DNA of 46,621 nt from Octopus sinensis (lineage: Eukaryota): the NCBI RefSeq assembly GCF_006345805.1, contig NW_021835202.1, positions 1 to 46,621 of the forward strand. The letters are read 5' to 3'. The notes beneath the pieces were generated by a model, which saw only the letters and a program-made list of their open reading frames with translations, did no database searches and was not told the origin of the DNA. Below are positions 34,240-46,621 of this stretch, one piece after another (the first letter of the stretch is position 1; every line of letters starts with the position of its first letter). The translations under genes were made by a program, and so were the position numbers.

Positions 34240-34294
34240 TGGCAACACCAGCGTCTTAGATTTGGGAGTTACGCTTCATTGTGATCTCAGCTAT

Positions 34295-34573
34295 AGGCGT
34301 AGGAGTGGCTGTGTGGTAAGTAGCTTGCTTACCAACCACATAGTTCCTGCGTGGCCCCTTGTGCCAGCGTCTTCTACTATAGCCTCGGGTCGACCAAAGA
34401 CTTGTGAGTGGATTTGGTAGACGTATGTATATATGTATTATATATATATATGTGTGTGTGTGTGTTTGCGTGTGTCTGTGTTTGTCCCCTAATATCTCTT
34501 GACAACCGATTCTGGTGTGTTTACGTCCCCGTAACTTAGTGGTTTGGCAAAAGAGACCGATAGAATAAGTACT
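34295..34573 (+). mobile_element. SINE family A variant lacking the B-box, 3'-truncated
   Basis: ACATAGTTCC-TGCGTGG deletion, shared with the copy at 34790. Confidence 0.9.
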
Positions 34574-34789
34574 TTGTATTCGTTGATAGCTGAATTATTT
34601 TGCGATTCTTGAGAACACCTTCCTCGGAGCAGCAAAGTTTGTTATATCGACGATGGGCATTCGTCGGGAAAGAGTTCACCAGTAATGATGCGCCTACTAT
34701 TTAAAGCGACCGCAAAGGCTCTAGTTGCATGCTGTTCGTGTTTTACATTGGTAGGGTAAGCTTAACATTACCTTTATATCTGCAGCTAT

Positions 34790-34924
34790 AGGCGTAGGAG
34801 TGGCTGTGTGGTAAGTAGCTTGCTTACCAACCACATAGTTCCTGCGTGGCACCTTGTGCAAGTGCCTTCTACTATAGCCTCGGGTCGACCAAAGCCTTGT
34901 GAGTGGATTTGGTAGACGTGTATT

Positions 34925-34971
<47 letters not shown>

Positions 34972-34972
34972 G

Positions 34973-35003
<31 letters not shown>

Positions 35004-35200
35004 CTGTGTTTGTCCCCCAATATCTCTTGACAACCGATTCTGGTGTGTTTACGTCCCCGTAACTTAGTGGTTCGGCAAATGAGACCGATAGAATAAGTAC
35101 TAGGCTTACAAAGAATAAGTCCTGGGGTCGATGTCCTCGACTAAAGGCGCTGCTCTAGCATGGCCACAGTAAAATGACTGAAACACGTAAAAAAGTAAAA
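34790..35200 (+). mobile_element. SINE family A variant lacking the B-box, with tail
   Basis: Same diagnostic changes as 34295-34573. Confidence 0.9.
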
Positions 35201-35289
35201 GACCTCTCTGCAAGGATTGTCTTTGTACTACTGAAGGAACCACGAACCCTAAAACATTATTTTGAGATCATTCTCTATGGAATTGGTGC

Positions 35290-35580
35290 AGATTTATGGA
35301 CGAGATGTCTGCTTGACATGTAGATGGTGTGGGCGTTGTTGGAGGTGAAAGCCGTAGGTCTTGGAGTGTGAATGGGACAAAGCTACGAGAGGGACAAATC
35401 TGAGTGCTGGCTGGATCAAATGAGAGTTAATGGAGCGGAGGGTATTGAGACGCATCTCTACAAGGATACGCCACGATGGTGCTTCCTGAGAGGAAGCCAT
35501 CAGATTCAAAGTCGTAAGATAAATAGGGCTTGTAGACGGTTTGTTTTGCCGAGAGATAGGCGAGCCAAACATGAGCTGAA
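35290..35580 (-). pseudogene. Possible decayed CR1/Jockey RT-domain remnant
   Basis: STSPIY...SINSHL...SHSKTYGFHL weakly resembles STSNPIYSYADD...SINSDL...NASKTQFLHL. Its order is collinear with 33870-34085. Confidence 0.35.
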
Positions 35581-35697
35581 GCTTTGCTGATGTCGCAGGT
35601 AGTAAACACCGATTTCATAAAATTTCTCGTGAACAAAATCCCACTAAAAATAACAGGAAAGGTTTAGTCTTCAATCAACATTCGTAGCTTAAGTAAG

Positions 35698-35890
35698 TCG
35701 GCGAGCTGGCAGAATCGTTAGCAGCACGCCGATTAAAATGCTTAACGGTGTTTCGTTCGTATTTACGTTCTTCCTAGTTCAAATCCCGTGGACGACGAAT
35801 TTGCATTTCATCCTTCCGGGTCAATAGTCGATGTAACCGACTTACCCCATCCCCTGAAATTGCAAGCCTTGTACCCAAATTTGAAATTAA
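35698..35890 (+). mobile_element. SINE family B, diverged
   Basis: GGCGAGCTGGCAGAATCGTTAGCA...AGTTCAAATCCC. Confidence 0.8.
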
Positions 35891-35908
35891 TATTTCCGTG
35901 CTAAAGTA

Positions 35909-36110
35909 AGGTGGTGTGCTGGCAGTATCGTTAGCACGCGGGGCAATATACTTAGCGGCATTTCTTTATAAGTTCAAATTCCGTAATTGTCGACTTTTCA
36001 TTTCATCCTTTCAAGGACGACAATATAAGTACCAGTTGAGCATTGGTCTGGATGTAATCGATTCTCCCTACCACAAACTTACTGACCTTATACCAACATT
36101 TTAAACCGAT
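35909..36110 (+). mobile_element. SINE family B, diverged, directly behind the previous copy
   Basis: GCTGGCAGTATCGTTAGCACGCG...AGTTCAAATTCC...AAGTACCAGTTGAGCA. Confidence 0.8.
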
Positions 36111-37304
36111 ATTGGTAGATACAGTAGTTGTAATTTAGCCTCATATTTGGATTTCTTGAACAGAACCCAAAACCATTTCCACTGGATATTCTACCATGTT
36201 TCCTTATGTTTTTCTATGTTAATGGCCTCAGGACGATAAATACATGTGGTCTTCTTCATTTAAGATAGCAATGTTTGATTCGGCAGAGTTTAGACTGCTA
36301 TTTTTTGCAAATCAGGAAACCACGTAGAGGTTGTATTTTTTTTTTTTTTTGTGAGTTGTCATTTTTCTGTAGTGATTGATAGATTATCTCTTGCTGATGA
36401 TTATTCTTAATGATTTTGCTATTATCGATAATTGAATGAAATGCTCGAGATGACTGAAACACCGCAGCAACCAACGAGACTATCTACCTTATATTCCTTT
36501 CACCTGTCTTTCCCGTGTTCGAATCCCACCCACAAATGACTGTTCTCATTAGTCGATGTAGTTGATGATGACAGTGATGATGATCATGATGATGGTGGTG
36601 GTATTTTAGGCCCAGGCCAACCCCCAAGGAACCAGTTTAACTGCAATCGATCATATAAGGCTATCTTATGTTCTGTAATGATGAGGCTTCTGTCTTTGTC
36701 CACCTTGGTACGATAAATTTTGTACCGCTCAAATGAGACATCAAAAATCGCTGTTGTTGTCGCTGTTGCTTAGTCCCTGGTGACTTACAATCGAGGGAAC
36801 CTATGATCAAAAGTATTCCAACCATAACCACCCCACCTGTCGTTTTTATGCTTATATCTAAAACAAGCTAATCCAGCGTGTACTTCCCATATTTAAGACG
36901 TGATTTAAGGCAGATTTAACTACTATTACTAGCAGGTGGCGCGACCATATCTCTCTATCTGTTGTAGTTGTATGCTGCTGTCTCTGCTGTTGTTGTTTAA
37001 CCCCAGGCCGACTTTCATCCAGCATATATACGATCACAGTCGTTCCAGCCATGACATTGCTGTTTTTTGTTCAATCCTAATATATCTAGAACTATACTAT
37101 GAAATAAGCCCTTCCTCTGCCGTGTGATTTGAAGAGGGATTCCAGTACTATTTCTGGCAAAACACGTTGAGGTTCCGCAATTGGGGTCTGTAGCTGTTAT
37201 ATTGCGTCTGTGTGTGCGCGTTTCTGTGTCTAACTACACACACACCCACACACACAAACACACATGTACTTATATGTGTGTGCATGTATATATATCTATG
37301 TTTT

Positions 37305-37348
<44 letters not shown>

Positions 37349-37899
37349 CACACAGATACACACAAAAACAAATACATAAATATATATATATACATATACA
37401 TACATATACATATATATGCATATATATATATATGAATACACACATATATAGATACATATATATACATACACACGCATACATATATACTTATATATATATA
37501 TATATACACATATATGTGTGTGCATGTATATATATATATATATATATATGTGAATATACATAAATATGAGAATTATAATTGAAGAAGTAACAAAGTAACA
37601 ACAGACCTGACCATCAACTTTAGATGCTTTATTCAACTGAATCTAGTTATATATGTGAGAGTATATATTTATACACACATATATACAACCAAACTCAAAT
37701 ACATAAATTTATATGTGCTCATATATATATATATATGTGCACACACATACACACAGACGATACCTTATAAAGCGTTGTTGTTGTTGTTGTTGTTGCTGTT
37801 GCTGTTAAGGTGGTTGATTCACTGTTAAAGTCAAGTTTGAATGGCTATGGTGGTTCTGAGATTGGTAAGCTGGTGCTAATGATGAGGACAGCGGCGGCG

Positions 37900-38545
37900 A
37901 CATGAACGAGGACGATAACTATGACGACGAGACGATGACGGCAATGTCGACGATGACAACGATGATGATGACGACAATGGGGGCAACGACAATGTCAGCG
38001 ATGTCGATTGCGACGACGACGACGACGACGGACGTTGTTGATGGCGATGACGAAGATGACGATGATGATGATGATGATGATGATGACGATGACGACGATG
38101 ATGATGACGACGACGACGATGATGATGACGACGACGACGACGACGACGATGATGATGATGATAACGATGATGATGATGATGATGACGACGACGATGATGA
38201 CGACGACGATGATGATGACGACGATGATGACGACGATGATGATGACGACAACGATGATGAGGATGATGATGACGACGATGATGATGACGACAACGACGAT
38301 GATGATGATGATGACGACGATGATGACGACAACGACGATGATGATGATGATGATGACGACGATGATGACGACGACGACGATGATGACCACGATGATGACG
38401 ACGACGATGACGACGATGATGACGACGACGACGATGACGATAATGCTGATGATGATGATGACGACGACGACGATGATGCTGATGATGATGACGACGACGA
38501 CGATAATGCTGATGACGATGACGACGATGATGATGATGATGGTCA
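37900..38545. repeat. Long imperfect (GAT/GAC)n trinucleotide tract
   Basis: About 640 bp. Open in several frames on both strands as poly-D, poly-M/T, poly-S and poly-I/V. Confidence 0.95.
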
Positions 38546-39010
38546 TGATAATTATGATTCAGTACCGTTGTGTAAAAGAACGAAAAAAAAAACCAGAAAC
38601 ATTTCCCTTTATTTCTTGTTTTCTCCGAGTATCCTTCATAACGATTACTGCCTATCCTATAACAGACGACAATTCCCCTTAAACAACCCCTTAAATACTC
38701 AATCTCTTCACTTCCTTAGTGTATAACCACTGAAAACTACTTCCCGATGCTTTCATCCGATGTGAAAATTAAAAGAAACAGAATCTAGCGATAATTCTTT
38801 TGAGATCCTTAAATCGTACTTCTACTACGAAAAGGAGTACAATAGAATATTAGAGTACTCGATGAGATATTCAACAAGGGTCACTTCTCAATGACGATAT
38901 TGTGATATTCATTTCTAATCCTTCTTACTCCTTAAGGGCACATGACCATCACCCCTAAGTCAGAGTACGATCGCCGATGGGAAATTTAGTGAAACTTATA
39001 AATCATATAT

Positions 39011-39670
39011 CTTTTATCTGTTTCAGTCATAAGACTGCGGCCATGCTGGCGCACCTTTTCGGGGAACTTGTTGTTGAATGAATCGGCCCTGGTAATCTTC
39101 TTTCTTTTTTTTTTTTTTTTTTTGTAAAGCCTGGTATTTATTCTATCGGTCTTCTGTGGCCAAATCCTTAGATTTGGCCACGGGGATGTTAACGGACAAA
39201 CACCTGTTGCCAAGTGCTGGTGAGAGCCAAGTACAGACACAAAGACACGCTCAAGCTCATATATACGCATGCATATATATATACGTGTGTATATATATAT
39301 ATATATATTCGTTCTTTGTTATATATTAAATTACAGACATACCGACGAAACCCACGAGCTTCCCATTTTTATTATATCCATTTTCTTATCTTATATAACC
39401 TAAACTACGGTTTACCAACCGGATGACCTGCTACCGTACAACTTTACATAAGTCTGTACCTACACAGGTAAGATCCAGGAGCGACTTTGAATTTAATTAT
39501 CCCTTAGAGGTATTAAACCCATCTAACTACACCTACACTATATATATATATATGTTGAAACAGATATATATATGTGTGTATGTGTGTGTATATACATATA
39601 TATATATGTGTGTGTGTGTGTAAATATACATATATATATGTGTGTGTGTATATATACATATATATATATA

Positions 39671-39717
<47 letters not shown>

Positions 39718-40019
39718 ATATACATATATATGTGCGTGTGTGTATATATATTACTCTTTTACTCTTTTACTTGTTTACATATATATATGTATATATATAC
39801 ATATATATGTATATATATACATATATATATGTATATATATACATATATATATGTATATATACATATGGTCCTCTTTGAGTTTGCATCTACCAAATCCACT
39901 CACAAGGCTTTGGTCGACCCAAGGCTATAGCAGAAGACACTTTCTCAAGGTGCCATGCAGTAGGACTGAACCCGGATCCATGTGGTTTGGAAGCAAACTT
40001 CTTATCACACAGCCAAGCC
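39011..40019 (-). mobile_element. SINE family A variant: head 40019-39870, body and tail 39245-39011, expanded or interrupted linker
   Basis: Both parts are reverse complements of family A segments, in the correct order. They may be two independent fragments. Confidence 0.7.
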
Positions 40020-40549
40020 AGCGGCTATAGCAATAAGAATTTGCGTTGAGCTTTGCAAAGACCAAATTGTGTCACTCCTTCGTAGATACTTCTTATTTTT
40101 GAAAAATTGGCCCTACTTGTAAGAGAGCATCACTGAACCGTGGTGAGTTACGAGTCACATTTTAGCAGCCATTTTTTGTTCGTCACGACAAGTCTTAACG
40201 CCTTTCACAGAGAACTTTACATAATAGAATTAATCTTTGCCGTTGTTGTTGTTGATGTTGATGTTGATATTGTTGTTGTTGTTGGTAACTCCACTTCAAC
40301 CCTGATAAAGTAGAATCTATGATGAAAGGCGTTCCACTTATAACCTTCTCGTTTTCTAATCAGATATATTACGTAATGTACTAGTCACAATTTTTCTCTA
40401 TTTCTTGATTTTTAGATATGTAAGTGAATAGGGTCCGTTTTGGGGGATGTTTAGTTACTATTACTAACAATGTAATAGTAAGGGATGTTTAGTTACTATT
40501 ACTAACAATGTCTAGCTACCATGCAGGGTGTTCCATGTTAGCTATTGTC

Positions 40550-41445
40550 CGTAAATGATGTATACCAGTAGTGAAACTCTGTGATGGTGAAAGATAAATC
40601 TAGAAACATGGTATTTAAAAGAATCCATATCCGCTTTCTCTCTGCTGCACACCTCTTTACTTACGATTATAAAGAGGTTCTCCCCACCCAGTCTCTCACA
40701 ATTTGTCTTTAAGTCACAAAAATAGCAGTGCTGGTGATTCCATAAAACGCTGCCAAGATTGGTAAGTCCAAGAATAAAGTTAGGCTCGAACAAGAAACAC
40801 AACCCCGAATGATTTACTGCAGAATGGACGTCACTAAAGGCACCGAAGAAACCAGTATAGACGATTGTGGGATTTGATCTTTGAACGCAAAGAGCCGAAA
40901 CAAAAAATGCAATGTCTGTAACCCGAAGTTCCACAGTTCCACCAATCCACTGCTCCGCTTTGGTACTTTATTTTATCGACCCCGAATGTATAAAGGGCAA
41001 TGTTAACTTCTACGCTAAACATCTCCAGATTTTCCCGCGTGAAGGGCTTAAAAAACCGATAGCTTCCTCCTTTATGCTACACATCTCTCGACTTAATTCC
41101 GTTAATACCTGAATTTAAAACACTCTGAATCCCTAGATTTACACCCGTTGAGGCCTCAGAAAGTAAGGTTCGCCTTGTTTGGTTAACATCCGTAGACTTA
41201 GATCTAACCTTGTTATGAAACCAAATAAATATGTCCCATCTAGCATAGCTATACATCCACGGATCTGCCCTCATTAAAGATCCAATTAAACATGCTCCTT
41301 CTCTTCCTATTTAAGATCCGTACCCTTATCTCATTGAAAGCTCAAAGAGCAATATCGCGTAACTTAATCTCGTGAAGGGCTCAAATACTCTCCCTCTATT
41401 CCACAGACCAATTTCCATTACGCGAGTAAATGACGATGCCTGGAT
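40550..41445 (-). pseudogene. Highly decayed Tx1/L1-type apurinic endonuclease (ORF2 N-terminus) remnant
   Basis: Across shifting minus frames: MEIGLWN..., EIKLRDIAL*AFNEIRV, GTYLFGFITRLDLSLRMLTKQGEPYFL...GFRVF, SREKADMDSF...HHRVSL. These fall in the order expected for APE motifs. Similarity judged by eye. Confidence 0.4.
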
Positions 41446-43040
41446 TAATTAGTGCCCGTCGTTGTCGTCGAGATGTCTGGTCTTCTAGGACCTCCGTACT
41501 AATAAGGATACCAGTGGCTCGTCGTAAAAATAGGCTCTGCGAAGTGGAGTGGCTACTGAAACGAGTGTCGCCGGTCATTCTCCATGGCCACGCCATGCCG
41601 ATCATACTTTGGGGCGCGGCTGAGAACCCCAATTGTCCAGGGTTATGTGGTCCATCAGCACTCCACCTCCGTCTTTTCCCCCCACCGTTCCCCCTTTTTT
41701 ATCTTTCTTTCTCACCTCTCTTCTTCCCCGTTTCTTTGCGTCTGTGTGAATCTTTCAAATATAAATAAATGTGATTAATATGTCCAAATATATTCCAAAC
41801 AATCACACATAGAACTTCATCGCTTCAGACTTAACCAATTCCACAGCCTGTAACTGCATTCAATTGTTTGCCAGATGTAAAACATTCTGACCCCTTTAAA
41901 TAGTTACTGAGATTAGATGAAACCAATACTTTTAAGGTGAGTTGCAGTTTGCCACCTTAACCCCTGTCACCGATTCACCACCACAACCACAAAAAGAGAA
42001 CTACTTAATAAACAAATCAGTGAGGGCCGTGGAAAACCGCTTTATTGATATATGCACTTCTTGTGGCCCCTAAAATTGAATATTGCGTTTGACTTACGCT
42101 ATCTATTGACCAAAGTGAGCCCGAAATAATGACAGAGTAGACTGGTAATTTCACAATCAGCTTGAAAAGCACATAAATCTCTCTTAAGTCATATCTACTA
42201 TCCAGGAGGGGCCCCTTAGGATGTTTCCCCAAATTACATTAAAAGACGAGATGATCATGGATGGAATCTGTTTGATCGCTGACTTACTCAAACAGAAATT
42301 ACTGTTTCTCTTTTTTACTCTTATCGGATAATCAGAGTCGAAACGTCAGCGCTAATGACCATTTAAGGGGCTTCTGTGGCTCATAGGATTTGATTGGGGT
42401 GTCGATGACGAATTTCAGAGTCTCCGAAGTTGTTTTGGTTGAAGGATAGCACTTATTACATTTAAGGATTTTTCTATGTTGAAGAAGGGCGATGGCGCAT
42501 GGCGGTTTCCAGGGCCTTTCACAGATTGGAGAAAGGGCAGCACTCTATGGTCCGGTTGTTTTATGACATCTAGGGCTGAGGGAGAGGAAGGTACCAAGTC
42601 ACTCTCAGACCGTAGACATGTCGTGAAAGCATACAACCGAGTGAACTTGGCTAGAGTCACCTAAAGATCACTTGAGAAGGATCACACAAAACATGAAATT
42701 AGAAGAAGCAAACCATCGTAAAAACAGAAATGAATCTACCTCTGGAATAGGACACAGTTGCTATTAAGGTAACCTCACTCACAAGCACAAGGCTTGCAGT
42801 AACCCGATATTATAGTCAGAGATAAATACCCAAGGTAATAAACGCGATGTGGGTTCGAACTTGAGACCACACTGGTTTTCAACTTAACTTTTAAATCTTT
42901 ATTTTTGGTTCGTAGTGTAAAAAACAACGACGGCCTAAGAAGATATATATCGGGCTGTAAAATGCCTGATAATTCAACCTGTCCTTCGCTCTTATTAATT
43001 CGCATATTTCACCTACTTCAAACACAATATTATCACACAC

Positions 43041-43084
<44 letters not shown>

Positions 43085-43186
43085 CAGGGTTTCATAAAGC
43101 AGAAAGCAGATCTTCATAAAGTGAGGTGTTACATATATATATATATGTGTATATATAATATATATATATAATATATATATATATAT

Positions 43187-43478
43187 AACGTGATCACGTG
43201 ACCGACCAGTCCATCAGATGTAGTTACACATCGCTGATCACAATGCGTTCGCATTGTTTTAGCCTTCGAATGACACCACCCCGCTGGCTAAGCGAGCAGG
43301 CCAACAGAAGAAAGAATGGTGAAAGAGTACAGCAGGGATCACCACCCCCTGCCGGAGCCTCGTGGAGCTTTTAGGTGCTTTCGTTCAATAAACACTCACA
43401 ACGCCCGGTCTGGGAATCGAAACCGCGATCCTACGACCGCGAGTCCGCTGCCCTAAACACTGGGCCATTGCGCCTCCA
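43187..43478 (-). mobile_element. SINE family C, full length
   Basis: The minus strand starts GGAGGCGCAATGGCCCAGTG...GGTTTCGATTCCC (A and B boxes) and ends GTCACGTGATCACGT(TA)n. Confidence 0.92.
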
Positions 43479-43544
43479 CATATATATATATATATACATA
43501 TATATATAATGTGTGTGCGTATGTATGTATGTATGGTATTCGGC

Positions 43545-43724
43545 ATGATAGAACGTTAGCCACTACACACATTTTTTTCTCTCCTAGTTTTTTCTATGTC
43601 CGTTTCTGTAGAAGAGCGTAGGCTCGAAACGTAAAATACTTTTTCTATTCCTGAGCGTTATACTAATACATCTGTTTGTTATGTACACCACCTGTCTTCG
43701 TCTTTTGTTTTTTTCGTAAAATCT

Positions 43725-43758
<34 letters not shown>

Positions 43759-43790
43759 AGATTTTACGAAAAAAACAAAAAACGAAGATA
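43545..43790 (+). mobile_element. Family P2 copy with terminal fold-back
   Basis: Homologous to 5925-6090. 43695-43727 is repeated inverted at 43756-43788 across (TA)n. Confidence 0.75.
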
Positions 43791-44270
43791 TATATATATA
43801 TATATATTGCACCCAGTCCTTCTTCCTTTCTTACATTCTTAATTTCTTAATTCCCTAAAACAGACACCCAGCTTGATGTATTTAATAATACACTACGTTT
43901 ACATATTGAGTTCCTTTAATTTATAATTCATCGCTTTTCAATGAATGAACGACAGTTTATACTTATAATAGGACATACAAACATACATATGTATATACAT
44001 ATACACATACATACACGTACACACATATATACATACATACGTACGCAGACAGGTACGTACATACGAACGTAGGTATATACATAAATACATACATACATAG
44101 GCGCGCACACACGCACGCATACGCATTCACATACGTACACTTACGCACGCACCGCCATACATATGTACATACATATACACATACATACGCACGCAGTCAC
44201 GTACATACGAAGACACATATATACATACATACACGCACGCACATACACTACATATACATATATATACATA

Positions 44271-44314
<44 letters not shown>

Positions 44315-44495
44315 GGGTTTCAATCACAGAAGTTGAAAAGTGAATCAGGAACGAGAGTTTTGAGCATACACGAAATTTAAACATTTTGAATCACTTTGTG
44401 ACTTCTGCCGATTAAAACTAAGCATATCGTTGTTTTGAAAATATATATTTCCACCAAACCTACAAACCCACATTTATATATATATATATATATAT

Positions 44496-44722
44496 CGGCG
44501 AGCTGGCAGACACGTTAGCGCGCCGGGTGAAATGCTTAGCGGTATTTCGTCTGTCGTTACGTTCTGAGTTCAAATTCCGCCGAGGTCAACTTTGCCTTTC
44601 ATCCTTTCGGGGTCGATAAATAAAGTACCAGTTTCGCACTGGGGTCGATATAATCGACTCAATCCCTTCGTCTGTCCTTGTTTGTCCCCTCTATGTTTAG
44701 CTCCTTGTGGGCAGTAAAGAAA
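44496..44722 (+). mobile_element. SINE family B, full length
   Basis: GGCGAGCTGGCAGA head, GAGTTCAAATTCC B-box-like motif, tail CCTTGTGGGCAGTAAAGAAA. Confidence 0.92.
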
Positions 44723-44796
44723 CAGACACACACACATATATATATATATAAACACACACATATATAGGGATATACGTGTCTGTTATCTGGATGCAG

Positions 44797-44859
<63 letters not shown>

Positions 44860-45004
44860 TACATACATGTATCCTTGCATGCGTTAGAAATATGTTTAAT
44901 TGTATATTAATTTATTTTGTATTATATTCCTCATTGACTTTCTTAACCCCTCCTATTAAGGCTTTACCTTGTTATCTTACTACCAATATCCATGTCTAAA
45001 TACG

Positions 45005-45035
<31 letters not shown>

Positions 45036-45191
45036 CGTATATATGTATATATATATATATATTTATTTATATATATATTTATCTTTATATTTGTATATAT
45101 TTGTATATACATACTTACAAACACACACAGAGCATATACATGTATATATACACACACAAACAAACACATATATATATGCATAGTGTATATA

Positions 45192-45230
<39 letters not shown>

Positions 45231-45539
45231 CACATATACATTTATATACTCATGTATAAGAGCGTGTGTGCGACTTGCTGTGTTTTGCACAACAGTCGTT
45301 CAAACTGAACAGTAACCGCTTTAATTTTACTGATATGGGATGAACAACAAAACGATTTCAGGTATCTAATGCTCACCCACCCCGCTCCTCCCTCTTTGCT
45401 TCTGCCGTCAGAACTAGATTACAGAGACTGAGGACTGTGACTGGGGTCACAGGGAAATGATAAAGGGAGATGCTATAAAGTATACGGAGGAGGAGTATAG
45501 GGTGGAGGAAGAGGAGATGATGAAGTAACAGGAGTGAAA

Positions 45540-45850
45540 GAAAGGAAAGAAAGAAAGAAAGAAAGACAGACAGTCAGAGAAAGAAAGGACAAAAAGAAGG
45601 AAAGAAAGAAAGGAAGGAAAGAAGAGTTGGAGAAAAGGAAAGAAAGAAAGAAAGAAAGAGAGAGAAAGAAAGAAATTGAGAAGGAGAGAAAAGGCGAGTG
45701 AAAGAAAGGAAAGAAAGAAAGAAACACAGACAGAGAAAGAAAGGACAAAAAGAAGGAAGGAAAGAAAGAAGAGTTGGAGAAAAGGAAAGAAAGAAAGAGA
45801 GAGAAAGAAAGAAATTGAGAAGGAGAGAAAAGGCGAGTGAAAGAAAGAAT
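45540..45850. repeat. A/G-rich low-complexity block, duplicated about 140-150-bp unit
   Basis: CAGAGAAAGAAAGGACAAAAAGAAGG...GAGTTGGAGAAAAGG...GAAATTGAGAAGGAGAGAAAAGGCGAGTGAAAG occurs twice. Confidence 0.85.
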
Positions 45851-46323
45851 GACAATGAACGACTTAATGAATTGATGAATGAATTAATTAATGAAAGAAA
45901 GGAAAGAAGAAAGAAGGAAAGCGCTACTGAACGAAGGAATGACTGAGTGAAATTAATGAATGAGAAGAGTGAATGAAAGGAATGAATGAGATGAATGAAT
46001 GAATGAAATTAATGGAAGGAAAAAACAGAGAGAAAAAGTCGTTCCAAGCGAGAGGTGTGAAACGATCTTTTGGAAAAGAAGGAGAAATGAAGAAATTATC
46101 GTAAAGTCGTGTATAAGAATCTAGTGTGTATGAAATGTATGTATGTATATACACACGCATACACACAGACATATATATAGATAGATAAATAGATAGATAT
46201 GTATATATAGATACATACATATATATCATACATATCTATCTATCTATATATATATATATATTTATACAGACACCTAGAGGAAATTTTAACTTTTCTGTGT
46301 GTATGCGTGCATGCATGTATGTG

Positions 46324-46361
<38 letters not shown>

Positions 46362-46621
46362 CAACAATAATTAAGGGTAAAAACTAATCAATTACTAATC
46401 AAGTATTATGGTTTCTCTAGTAGACCTTTTTTCAGTAGAAGAAATAGCTCAGATTTTGGCTGCTATTTCTGAACTTCGGTATGTGGTGATGCATTTCTTT
46501 TGCTGAACCCATAATATTATTATATATATCTATATATATATATATATATTATATATATATATTATATATTATATATTGTTTGTATGTTGTAACTATATAT
46601 TTTATGTATTATGTCTATGAA

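Noticed and set aside
42325-42350. GAAACGTCAG hammerhead 3' half
   Set aside because: No CUGANGA core upstream.
41450-43000. ORF1/gag of the Tx1-like remnant
   Set aside because: The position fits, but no zinc knuckle or other motif could be read in any frame, so it was not annotated.
43405-43478. tRNA gene (also the heads of SINE A and B copies)
   Set aside because: A and B boxes are present but the sequence continues into a multi-copy SINE body and a complete cloverleaf is not evident.

Overview
Eukaryotic, AT-rich, microsatellite-dense non-coding DNA. The SINE repertoire resembles that of Octopus (coleoid cephalopod); this is recognition from memory, not a database result. No host protein-coding gene, tRNA, rRNA or CRISPR array can be supported, and the long ORFs in the track are almost all translations of simple repeats. 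The window holds about 30 copies or fragments of three tRNA-derived SINE families (called A, B and C here). It also holds a young 5'-truncated L2/CR1-group LINE fragment, decayed R4/Dong-like, CR1-like and Tx1-like non-LTR remnants, an internally deleted Tc1/mariner element, several fold-back inverted repeats, minisatellites and local duplications. The most notable signal is at 19722-20251: a 294-bp tandem unit in which each copy carries a minimal type I hammerhead-ribozyme motif on both strands, a Penelope/retrozyme-like architecture. A diverged relative at 21058-21212 is fused to the 5' end of the LINE fragment, and other repeat families carry hammerhead-like folds with altered cores. An 11-kb stretch (about 22.9-34.3 kb) has no recognisable SINE and may be functionally constrained. 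Coordinates of decayed repeats are approximate.
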